Assembly (NCBI GenBank): GCA_036396185.1
Contig: DASWLJ010000172.1
Location: forward strand, 1 to 33,697
Direction of reading: 5' to 3'
Length of the DNA stretch: 33,697 bases
Source: Candidatus Bathyarchaeia archaeon
GTDB taxonomy: Archaea > Thermoproteota > Bathyarchaeia > TCS64
A model generated the notes under the pieces. That model saw only the letters and a list, made by a program, of their open reading frames with translations. It was not told the DNA's origin and did no database searches. Each line of letters opens with the position of its first letter. The first letter of the stretch is position 1. Positions 7,144 through 15,108 of this stretch are shown piece by piece. The position numbers and the translations under genes are program-made.

Positions 7144-9540
7144 ATGATGGACCGCTGGTCGGTGAGGTGCGCCGGCATTTTCGCCATATCCACAGCCACG
7201 CTGATGCTTCAGGTCGCGTACACGAGGATTTTCTCGATAGCCCTCTGGCACCACTTCGTGTGGATGATCGTGAGCATAGCACTGCTCGGCTTCGCGGTCA
7301 GCGGCACGTTCATGTCGGTTCTCAGGCTCCGGCAGGAGAAGAACCTGGACATGCTGCTGGCGACCTCCTCGGCCCTCTTCTCCGCGTCCATCCTGTTCAG
7401 CTACGCCGCCTCCAACCAGATTCGCCTAGACCCGTTCACCTTCGCCTGGGACAACCTGCAGCTGCTCTACATCGGCGGGTACTACCTTCTGCTATCGATA
7501 CCGTTCTTCTTCAGCGGGCTGGCTCTGGGGCTCGCCGTCGAGGAGGCTAAGAGCCGGATCAGCAGGGTCTACTTCTCGAGCTTCATCGGCTCTGCTCTCG
7601 GCTCCGTCCTCATCTTGCCCCTCTTCGGCCCGCTGGACGGCCCCGGCGTAATAGTGTCCGTCTCCGTCATCGGGGGGGCATCAGCCATGATATTCGCGTT
7701 GAACCTGGGGAGGAGGCTCCAGACGCTTCTGCTTGGGTGGGTGCTTGTGCTGACGGTCTTCCTTCCGCTGGCCGGGGCCCTCGTACCCATAAATGTGTCC
7801 CCCTACAAGGGCCTCAACGTGGCCCTCAGGTACCCGGGCGCCAGCCTGGTGGAGACCCGCTGGAACGCGTTTTCGAGGATCGACGTGGTGAGGAGCGGCT
7901 ACGTCAGGTACGCGCCCGGTCTTAGCCTCCGGTACGGCGGCTACCTGCCCGAGCAGATCGGGGTCTTCGTGGACGGGGACGACTTGAACGCCATCACCAA
8001 GTACGACGGGGACCTGTCGTCCCTCACCTTCACTGGGTACATGCCTATGGCTCTCCCGTACCACCTGGTGGAGGAGCCGAGGGTCCTCATAGTGGACGCC
8101 GGCGGGGGCCTGGGGGTGCTGACGGCAATATATCACGGGTCAGCCAGCATCAGTGTCGTGGAGGAGAACCCAATAATAGTTGACCTTGTGAGGGGCCAGT
8201 ACGCCTCGTATTCAGGCTTCATCTACAGCGACGAAGCGGCGGATGTCTCCATATCGGATGGCAGGAGCTTCATCCAGGGCAGCAGGGAGACATACGACGC
8301 CATAGAGCTATCGATGACGGGGGGTGCCTCGGCCTCCTCGACGGGCATCTACGCCCTGTCCGAGAACTACCTCTACACGGTGGAGTCCTTCGCGAGCCTC
8401 ATCGGGCACCTGTCCGAGGACGGGTTCCTCTCCGTCTCGCGGTGGCTCCTCCCTCCCCCCAGGGAGGACGTCAGGATCGTATCCCTTGCGCTGGCCGCTC
8501 TGGAGTCCCTCGGGGTTCAGGACCCTGGGGCGCACATCGCGGTCATCCGCTCCTGGGGGACGATAAGCCTACTCGTGGGGAGAAGCCCCCTGACACAGGA
8601 GAACATAGCGTCCATCCGCTCCTTCTGCAGCGAACGGGGGTTCGACATCGTCTACGTCCCCGGCGTAAGCGCCTCCGAGGTGAACATCTACAACAGGTTC
8701 CCCCAGCCCATATACTACAACATAGTCAAGGAGCTGGTCCAGCCCGAGGAGAGGGACGCGTTCTACAGGGACTACCTCTACGACATCTCCCCCACCACGG
8801 ACGAGAGGCCCTTCTTCTTCAACTTTTTCAAGTGGGATAAGCTCGCCGAGACCTATAGGTCCCTGGAAGAGAGGTGGCAGGCCCTCATAGAGGGAGAGTA
8901 TCTGGTCCCCATCGTGCTCCTGCAGGCCCTCGTCCTATCCATTGCGCTTGTCGTGCTCCCCATGTACAGGCTGGGGGGCGCGGGGGACAAGCCCGGCCTC
9001 CTCTACTTCTTTCTAATCGGGCTTGGCTACATGTTCATAGAGATATCCACCGTCCAGAGGTTCATCTTGGTCCTGGGGAGCTCGGTCCAATCCATGGCCG
9101 CCGTCCTATTCAGCCTCCTGCTCTCGTCTGGGCTTGGCAGCCACTACTCGGGGAGGATCGAGCCGCGTAGCAGGGGCCACAGGACGGTCATACTGCTTCT
9201 GGGGGCGCTGTCCATCCTGTACGGCTTGGCCCAGCCCGTGATCCAGCTTACGCTCGGCCTTCCGTTCACCGCCCGGCTCCTCCTGTCGTTCATCATGATA
9301 TCTCCGCTGGGCTTCCTCATGGGGATGCCGTTCCCCATCGGCGTCCGAATGCACTCCGAGTCAGGCGGCTCCTTCCTCGGCTGGGCTTGGGCGGTCAACG
9401 GGTGCGCCTCGGTCCTGGGCTCGATTCTGCCGATCGCGATGGCCTTGTACTCGGGCTTCTCAATGATATACGTGTTGGCTGGGGTGCTCTATCTGCTGAA
9501 CCTAGCGCTGGTGCGTGGAGGCGGGGAGAGCCTTGAATAA
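7144..9540 (+). CDS. Large polytopic membrane protein with a central spermidine-synthase-like (class I MTase fold) domain
   Basis: 798 aa. There are about 6-7 TM segments at each end and a soluble centre with VLIVDAGGGLGVLTAIYH...VVEENP...YDAIELS. It resembles proteins annotated as fused MFS/spermidine synthase. Confidence 0.75.
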   Translation: MMDRWSVRCAGIFAISTATLMLQVAYTRIFSIALWHHFVWMIVSIALLGFAVSGTFMSVLRLRQEKNLDMLLATSSALFSASILFSYAASNQIRLDPFTFAWDNLQLLYIGGYYLLLSIPFFFSGLALGLAVEEAKSRISRVYFSSFIGSALGSVLILPLFGPLDGPGVIVSVSVIGGASAMIFALNLGRRLQTLLLGWVLVLTVFLPLAGALVPINVSPYKGLNVALRYPGASLVETRWNAFSRIDVVRSGYVRYAPGLSLRYGGYLPEQIGVFVDGDDLNAITKYDGDLSSLTFTGYMPMALPYHLVEEPRVLIVDAGGGLGVLTAIYHGSASISVVEENPIIVDLVRGQYASYSGFIYSDEAADVSISDGRSFIQGSRETYDAIELSMTGGASASSTGIYALSENYLYTVESFASLIGHLSEDGFLSVSRWLLPPPREDVRIVSLALAALESLGVQDPGAHIAVIRSWGTISLLVGRSPLTQENIASIRSFCSERGFDIVYVPGVSASEVNIYNRFPQPIYYNIVKELVQPEERDAFYRDYLYDISPTTDERPFFFNFFKWDKLAETYRSLEERWQALIEGEYLVPIVLLQALVLSIALVVLPMYRLGGAGDKPGLLYFFLIGLGYMFIEISTVQRFILVLGSSVQSMAAVLFSLLLSSGLGSHYSGRIEPRSRGHRTVILLLGALSILYGLAQPVIQLTLGLPFTARLLLSFIMISPLGFLMGMPFPIGVRMHSESGGSFLGWAWAVNGCASVLGSILPIAMALYSGFSMIYVLAGVLYLLNLALVRGGGESLE

Positions 9541-9585
9541 TTAACCCTGGCGCATGTTTGGTCGTTAAAGAAAATGGGGGGCCTT

Positions 9586-10737
9586 TTACTCCTCTATGAT
9601 CTCGACGTTGGCCCTGGGCACAGTGACGACGCGCCCGTCCTCCAGCTCGACCTCGATGACCCTCACCTTCGAGCCTGACTGCACCGTCTGGAGGTTGACG
9701 GGCAGGCCGGCCACCTTGGCTATCTCCCCGAAGTAGGGTGCCCTTATTATCCTCACCAGCGACCCCTGCGCCATCCCGTCGGAAAACCTCTCGTCGGACG
9801 CGGCCACGCCCTCGCCCTCACCGTAGGGAACTATGATCTCGGGCCTCAGCACTCCCGCCCTTATCTGCGTGGCCCCGTTGATGGCCGACATCCTGCCCTC
9901 CACCTCCCTGAACAGTTTAAAGGTCCGGTCGGACATGGGCAGGGCGCCGAACCCCTCTGTGGCTATCACCGTGATCTCGACGTTCTCCTCGCCGGTGATC
10001 GCGACGCCTATGTCCTCGCCCAGGATGCCTATGAGGTCCTCGACGTTCATCCCTCCGACGACGATGCCCTTAACGCCGATCTCCAAGGCCCTCTTGTACG
10101 CCGCGCTCGTGACGCCGGAGCCGCCGACTATCACCTTCCCCTTGTGCTCCGCCTTGATGTTGTCCTCCTTCAGTAGCTCGGATGGCGAAGAGACTGCTAT
10201 GGCGATCTCTCCGTGGTTCTCCCCCCCGAACCCGAATATTCCCTGTATGAAGGCGGCCTGCGTCTCCACGAGGGCCCCCTTAGCGGGTATGATCTCGACG
10301 ACCTTCCCGCGGATGTAGGAGTCGACCTCCAGGGAGATGTTGTTCTGCCTTATGATCACCTGCCCTGTCAGGCCCGATACGCTCTCCACCTTCCCAGCGA
10401 AGGGCGCGTACACGTAGTTCTTGACGAGCCCCCAGAACGCCGTGTACTTCGCCAGCATCTCCCCCTCCTCGAACTGCTCGCCCTCCTTCTTCAGCATGTA
10501 GTCGAAGACGGCCCCTGGGTCCACGTTCAGTATCTCGTCCACGTTCAGTATCTCGGCGTCCCCAGGTATCTCGGTGCGGGCGAGGGTCGTGTGGAAGTCG
10601 ACCCTGTCGCCGACCTTCACCAAGACCTCGCCCTCTATAGGCAGCACCCTCTCCTTCCTGACGGTCTCGACCTTCTTTATCTTAAGCCCCGGCGTGTATG
10701 CGTGCGCCATGCTCTTCTCAACGCCCGTCTGAGTCAT
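9586..10737 (-). CDS. Uncharacterized partner of the GlmL-like protein (barrel-sandwich-hybrid-like N-terminus, KOW-like C-terminus)
   Basis: ORF 9586..10755 starts at TTG. I prefer the ATG at 10737 (MTQTGVEK...) because GAGGGTGATGG (SD-like) precedes it, 11 nt after the upstream stop. Motifs: VLVKVGDRV, VYAPFAGKVESV, VRIIRAPYFGEIAKV. Confidence 0.65.
   Translation of the reverse strand: MTQTGVEKSMAHAYTPGLKIKKVETVRKERVLPIEGEVLVKVGDRVDFHTTLARTEIPGDAEILNVDEILNVDPGAVFDYMLKKEGEQFEEGEMLAKYTAFWGLVKNYVYAPFAGKVESVSGLTGQVIIRQNNISLEVDSYIRGKVVEIIPAKGALVETQAAFIQGIFGFGGENHGEIAIAVSSPSELLKEDNIKAEHKGKVIVGGSGVTSAAYKRALEIGVKGIVVGGMNVEDLIGILGEDIGVAITGEENVEITVIATEGFGALPMSDRTFKLFREVEGRMSAINGATQIRAGVLRPEIIVPYGEGEGVAASDERFSDGMAQGSLVRIIRAPYFGEIAKVAGLPVNLQTVQSGSKVRVIEVELEDGRVVTVPRANVEIIEE
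10520..10555. repeat. Perfect 2 x 18 bp in-frame tandem duplication
   Basis: tccacgttcagtatctcg occurs twice back to back and encodes EILNVD-EILNVD in the 9586..10737 gene. Confidence 0.95.
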
Positions 10738-10747
10738 GCCATCACCC

Positions 10748-12583
10748 TCATTCAAGGTCGTACAGCCCCAGGCTTCTGTTCCACTCCAGGAGCTTGCTCA
10801 TCCTCTCCCGGGGGGCCTCAGGGATGACCAGCGGCCTCCCCCTGGCGTCCAGGATCAGGCCCGCCTCGCCTCCGTGAGCCTTGCCCTTCAGGGGCTTCCC
10901 CGGCCCCTCGCCGACGTCCATGCCTCTGGCGGGCTCCACCTCGATCTCCGCCACCTCCCCGACGCCCAGGCCGATCCTCTTGATCTCCCCGAACCTCATG
11001 GTTTCCCTCAGCGCCGTGCCGTCGGGCATCGCTATCTTGACTTCCATGGCCTCCGCTCCCTCCCTGGACTGCCCCTTCGGCGCGACGACGGTGCCCAGGT
11101 GGACGAGGCAGTCCTTGTCGAATATCTGCCACGCCGCCTTAGAGTCCACGGTGGAGAGCACCCCGAGGTGGGGCATCATGAACACGCTGTCCTGGAACAG
11201 CCTCGTTACCCCCTGTGGCTGGAACGCGTCGGTCAGGATGATGAGGGTCTGCACGCGTTTGGGCGCGTGTGAGAGGAGCCCCCCCGTGCCGCAGATAACT
11301 GGGAATCTTATCATGTCGATGTACGTGTCCTCCAGGCCCTGGTCCAGCATGTCCCCCACGGTCCTCTCCACGTTAACCCCCTTAAGCCTCGTCGCTATGG
11401 TCTTGTGGTGCTCGAGCCCGAGGCGCAGCGCCTCCCTGGCCACCGCGTGCTCGATCACCAGGTCGTTGATTGTCTGGGGGATCGTGGTGGGCCTTATCAT
11501 CTTGTTCTTTATCTCGGACTGCAGCTCGCCCACGTTCTTCTCGAAGGGCAGCCACCGCATAATGTTGCTGATCCCTGTCTCCTTGCACACGTTGGAGATG
11601 CTGTAGCTCATACCCAGGTTCGCACTCACGCTCCTCACGAACCGCTTCTCGTAGATGGAGTACACGTTGGTGGTGGCCCCGCCTAGGCCCACGCCCAGGA
11701 CGTTGGTGCCCAGCTCGCTGGCTATCAGCTGCATGGCTATGCCCTCCCCGGCTGGCGTAGGCATGATGTCCACGTCCGTCCACTTCATCAGCTTGAGGTA
11801 GCCCGGGGCGTGGCTCATAACGTGCTCCATGAACAGCTCGTGGACGGCCCGCCTGGCGTGCTCTATCCTCTCCTCATTCAGGGTCGGACGGATGTTGTCT
11901 ATTATGGATAGGGCGAAGTCCTTCTCGAACAGCTTCCGTATGTGGTCCTGGACATCTTTGTTCCCGGCGTAGATCATGGGCAGGCTGTACCCCTCGCCCA
12001 GCCTGGGCTTTGGCTTCGCCGCGTAGAATATCTCGGCCATGGCGGCTACGTGCTTCACAGTGCCTCCGTCTGTGCCGCCCGCCAGGAGTATCATGTCGGG
12101 TCTGAGGTTCTTGATCCTGGATATCTTCTCGTGGGCCACCCTCCCGTCGTCCATGGTGAGTATGTCCATGACTATGGAGCCGGCCCCCAGGACGGCGCGG
12201 TTCGCGCTCGCCGCCGTGATCTCCTTCACCACCCCGCCGACCATCATCTGGAGTCCGCCGCCAGCGCTGCTCGTCGTGCAGTATAGGTCTACCCCCTTTT
12301 CTCCATCGTATGGGCGCAGGATGTTGTCGTTGGCGTCGGAGATCATCTTGTGGCCGGTTAGCTCCTCTATCTCTCGGACGGCGTTAAGGACCCCCATCGT
12401 AACGTCTTCGTACGGCTTCTCCACCGTTGTGGGCGCCTCACCGCTGATGATGTACCGCCACTCGTTCCCCTTTTTAGCGAAGAACCTCGCCTTTGTGGTA
12501 GTGCTGCCCACATCTGTCACAAGTATGTATCTCATCTCTCTTGATGGGTTACCCTGGGCTTCGTTAATCGTCATGTGCTTCAT
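10748..12583 (-). CDS. GlmL/MutL-family (ASKHA fold) protein, long form, no mutase partner nearby
   Basis: 611 aa. N-terminal phosphate-1-like motif ILVTDVGSTTTKA, then LLAGGTDGG and GVGLGGATTNV. It resembles the glutamate mutase accessory protein family but has a ~110 aa C-terminal extension. An AT-rich TATA-like element lies 25-38 nt upstream of 12583. Confidence 0.7.
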   Translation of the reverse strand: MKHMTINEAQGNPSREMRYILVTDVGSTTTKARFFAKKGNEWRYIISGEAPTTVEKPYEDVTMGVLNAVREIEELTGHKMISDANDNILRPYDGEKGVDLYCTTSSAGGGLQMMVGGVVKEITAASANRAVLGAGSIVMDILTMDDGRVAHEKISRIKNLRPDMILLAGGTDGGTVKHVAAMAEIFYAAKPKPRLGEGYSLPMIYAGNKDVQDHIRKLFEKDFALSIIDNIRPTLNEERIEHARRAVHELFMEHVMSHAPGYLKLMKWTDVDIMPTPAGEGIAMQLIASELGTNVLGVGLGGATTNVYSIYEKRFVRSVSANLGMSYSISNVCKETGISNIMRWLPFEKNVGELQSEIKNKMIRPTTIPQTINDLVIEHAVAREALRLGLEHHKTIATRLKGVNVERTVGDMLDQGLEDTYIDMIRFPVICGTGGLLSHAPKRVQTLIILTDAFQPQGVTRLFQDSVFMMPHLGVLSTVDSKAAWQIFDKDCLVHLGTVVAPKGQSREGAEAMEVKIAMPDGTALRETMRFGEIKRIGLGVGEVAEIEVEPARGMDVGEGPGKPLKGKAHGGEAGLILDARGRPLVIPEAPRERMSKLLEWNRSLGLYDLE

Positions 12584-12763
12584 GTAGAGGTATTGAGACG
12601 TCTTATTAGATTTTTCAAAGGTTAAGACTAGACGCTATACGTTAAAGGATGAGACGAAAGTGTGTGAAATAGATGCATCTTACAGAAGAGCGCTCGGGTT
12701 AACGTGCCCTCCGCGGTTCGTTGAAAGAGTTAATACCAGGCGTCTCCCTCTCATCAATGGGGA

Positions 12764-13123
12764 TTGACCGATAATTATTCTTACACCCGCTTCAGGTGGG
12801 TGGATGCCGCGAACCTCGACACTCTGGCCAAAGAGCTGAGGGAGGCCGGATTCGATGTAAGTATCCGGCAATTACCCACGTCAGAGTACGATATCTCCCC
12901 CTACAAGAACCAGCGCACCAGCCTACACATCAAAGCCGACTCTTTGAACGCTATCATCTCCCCGTCCAGAGCCACCCTTGCCCAGAGGGTGAGAAGGCCC
13001 TTCACGGCCAGAGACATGAGGCTGAGGGAAATAGTGTTGGAGGCGTTCCCTCATGGGGCTTCAACTTTCTTCCCCTGGGGCTTCAATGTAGAGCCGGCGT
13101 TTGAGTTGGAGAAAGGCGGCTAA
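12764..13123 (+). CDS. Hypothetical protein
   Basis: 119-aa ORF with roughly host-like codons, a TTG start (an in-frame GTG lies at 12800) and no recognisable motifs. A hairpin follows it directly. Confidence 0.4.
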   Translation: MTDNYSYTRFRWVDAANLDTLAKELREAGFDVSIRQLPTSEYDISPYKNQRTSLHIKADSLNAIISPSRATLAQRVRRPFTARDMRLREIVLEAFPHGASTFFPWGFNVEPAFELEKGG

Positions 13124-13142
13124 CCTGAAGCAATATTCAGGT
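13123..13142 (+). terminator. Hairpin immediately after the stop codon
   Basis: ACCTGAA-gcaata-TTCAGGT forms a perfect 7-bp stem overlapping the TAA at 13121-13123. A TTTT tract follows about 20 nt downstream. Confidence 0.3.
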
Positions 13143-13192
13143 TGATCCTCGAGGTATCGTTTTCCAGGCTTGAAACATCGCCCAGCAATAGG

Positions 13193-13267
13193 CGGGCTCG
13201 GTGGGATTCGAACCCACGACCTCCGGCTCCGCAGGCCAGAATCATATCCTGGCTAGACTACGAGCCC
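13193..13267 (-). tRNA. tRNA-Arg (anticodon GCG)
   Basis: Reverse complement: GGGCTCG TA GTCT AGCCAGGATA TGAT T CTGGC CTGCGGA GCCGG AGGTC GTGGG TTCGAAT CCCAC CGAGCCC G. The cloverleaf folds, it is 75 nt long, and CCA is not encoded (CCT follows). Confidence 0.9.
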
Positions 13268-13286
13268 AGCAAACAATGCAGGCTTC

Positions 13287-13298
13287 CCATAAATAAGC
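13287..13298 (-). promoter_or_regulatory. TATA-like box for tRNA-Arg
   Basis: The minus strand reads GCTTATTTATGG, centred about 26 nt upstream of the tRNA 5' end. Confidence 0.35.
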
Positions 13299-13462
13299 TC
13301 TACTGAACCGGATGGCTGCGGAAAACACAGGTTGGGGGTCCTGAGCCGCAGTTTCTATAACGGAGAACATATATCGTTACGTATTGTGTTGTTATAGCAT
13401 CGTTTTCAGCAGCACCTAACGCTTATTTAAGCTGGGTTTCGTAGAGGCGCTGCGGAAAAAGT

Positions 13463-13475
13463 AAAGATTTATATG
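13463..13475 (+). promoter_or_regulatory. TATA-like box for the amidohydrolase gene
   Basis: AAAGATTTATATG lies about 30-40 nt upstream of the ATG at 13505, which implies a short or absent leader. Confidence 0.35.
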
Positions 13476-13504
13476 CTGCTACCCTGAGCACACGTACAAC
13501 CAAA

Positions 13505-15082
13505 ATGTCGCTAGTTTCGTGCCCACGCGTACTTGTGGGAGGCACCCTCATAGACGGGACGGGTGCAGACCCAGTCAATGACTCCGTTGTTGTTCTACGG
13601 GACGAGTACATCGTCGCCGCAGGAAAGAGAGATGAGGTGGAGGTACCCCCGGGATCGGAGGTCTACGACGTCACAGGCATGACGGTCATGCCTGGGCTCA
13701 TAGACAGCCACTGCCACTTCATCTGGATGGGCGTCAACATGCTCACAACCGTGCCCATAAGGTACACGGCCACCATGAAGGACGCACTCAAGCTCATAAA
13801 GAAGCGCGCCGAGAAAGCCAAACCCGGCGAGTGGATCATAGGCCGCGGCTACGACGAGGCAAAGTGGCCCGAGAACAGGTACATCACCAGGAAGGACATA
13901 GACGCCGTGGTCCGCGACAAGCCCGTGGCGCTGGTCCGCATATGCGGCCACCTGGTCAGCGTCAACAGCAAGGCGCTTGAGCTGGCCGGGATCAACAAGG
14001 ATAGCCCGGACCCTGACGGCGGAACCATCGACAGGGACGAGGGCGGGGAGCCCACAGGCGTCCTCAGGGACTGCAGGGACCAGATCTGGAAGGTCATCCC
14101 ACCCACAGCCTCCGAGACCATGGTGGAGGGCCTCAAGGTGGCCAGCGACCACGCCCTCAGCCTCGGCTGTACCAGCATCCATGACGCGGGCTTGGGCCCA
14201 CAGGAGGTGGCAGCGTACCAGAAGGCCCACGACAACGGTAACCTCAAGGTACGCGCAAACATAATGCTCAGGACGGAGACCCCCGAGGCCGCCATGAAGC
14301 TAGGCATCAGGACGGGGTTCGGCGACAAGATGCTTCGCATCGGCCCCGTGAAGCTGCTGATAGACGGCAGCCTGGGCGCCCACACTGCGGCCCTCTTCGA
14401 GCCCTACGAGGACGACCCGTCCACGTCGGGGCTCCTGCTGGAGGAGCCTGCGGTCATCGCGGAGAAGATGGCGGCCGCCCACGGCCACGGGTTCCAGGTG
14501 GCAACCCACGCCATCGGCGACCTGGCCATAGAGCACGTCATCGACGGCATCCAGAAGACCCTCAGACGCGAGCCCAGGAAGAACCACAGGCACAGGATAG
14601 AGCACTGCGAGATACTGAGCGCCCAACAGATAGAGCGCATCAAGAGGCTGGGGATCATCCCGGCGATGCAGCCCAACTTCATAGGCGAGTGGAGCGGCCC
14701 AGGCAGCATGTACAGGCAGCGCCTAGGAGAGAAGCGTGACAGGGCCAGCAACCCCTACAGGGTGCTCCTGGACGAGGGCATCACGGTGGCCTTCGGTAGC
14801 GACGGGATGCCCTTCAACCCCATCTACGGAATCTGGAGCGCCGTGAACCACCCCATCAGGGAGAGCAGGATAAGCCTCGTCGAGGCCGTGAAGTGCTACA
14901 CCCTGAACTCAGCCTACGCGGGGTTCCACGAGGACTACGTGGGCAGCGTAGAGGTGGGTAAGCTGGCCGACGTAGCCGTCTTCGACAGGGACCTCACAGA
15001 GGTGGCACCCGAGACCATCAGGGACGCCCAGTGCTACATGACACTGGTAAACGGTAAAATCCTATACCACAAGGAAAAATAG
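13505..15082 (+). CDS. Metal-dependent amidohydrolase (Amidohydro_3 / YtcJ-like)
   Basis: 525 aa. Contains GLIDSHCHF (HxH metal motif), a later HAIGD and a C-terminal GSDG...GKLADVAVFDRD, typical of this family. Confidence 0.8.
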   Translation: MSLVSCPRVLVGGTLIDGTGADPVNDSVVVLRDEYIVAAGKRDEVEVPPGSEVYDVTGMTVMPGLIDSHCHFIWMGVNMLTTVPIRYTATMKDALKLIKKRAEKAKPGEWIIGRGYDEAKWPENRYITRKDIDAVVRDKPVALVRICGHLVSVNSKALELAGINKDSPDPDGGTIDRDEGGEPTGVLRDCRDQIWKVIPPTASETMVEGLKVASDHALSLGCTSIHDAGLGPQEVAAYQKAHDNGNLKVRANIMLRTETPEAAMKLGIRTGFGDKMLRIGPVKLLIDGSLGAHTAALFEPYEDDPSTSGLLLEEPAVIAEKMAAAHGHGFQVATHAIGDLAIEHVIDGIQKTLRREPRKNHRHRIEHCEILSAQQIERIKRLGIIPAMQPNFIGEWSGPGSMYRQRLGEKRDRASNPYRVLLDEGITVAFGSDGMPFNPIYGIWSAVNHPIRESRISLVEAVKCYTLNSAYAGFHEDYVGSVEVGKLADVAVFDRDLTEVAPETIRDAQCYMTLVNGKILYHKEK

Positions 15083-15108
15083 CCCCCAACCTTTCTTTAA
15101 AAAGGGGT
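15083..15108. terminator. Bidirectional T-rich spacer between convergent genes
   Basis: cccccaacctttctttaaaaaggggttt carries T-runs on both strands, with partial CCCC/GGGG complementarity. Confidence 0.3.

Larger units (their letters stand above)
2783..13215. mobile_element. Candidate ancient tRNA-Arg-associated integrated segment (direct repeats only, no integrase seen)
   Basis: Bounded by the two direct tRNA-Arg 3'-end copies. The intact tRNA is at the right end with its 3' end facing inward, as expected for integration into the 3' half of a tRNA gene. Codon usage inside looks host-like. Confidence 0.3.

Noticed and set aside
2783-13215. Calling the tRNA-Arg-bounded segment an active integrative element or provirus.
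   Set aside because: No tyrosine/serine recombinase, split SSV-type int halves, replication, capsid or conjugation genes are recognisable. Only the att-like repeats support a mobile origin.
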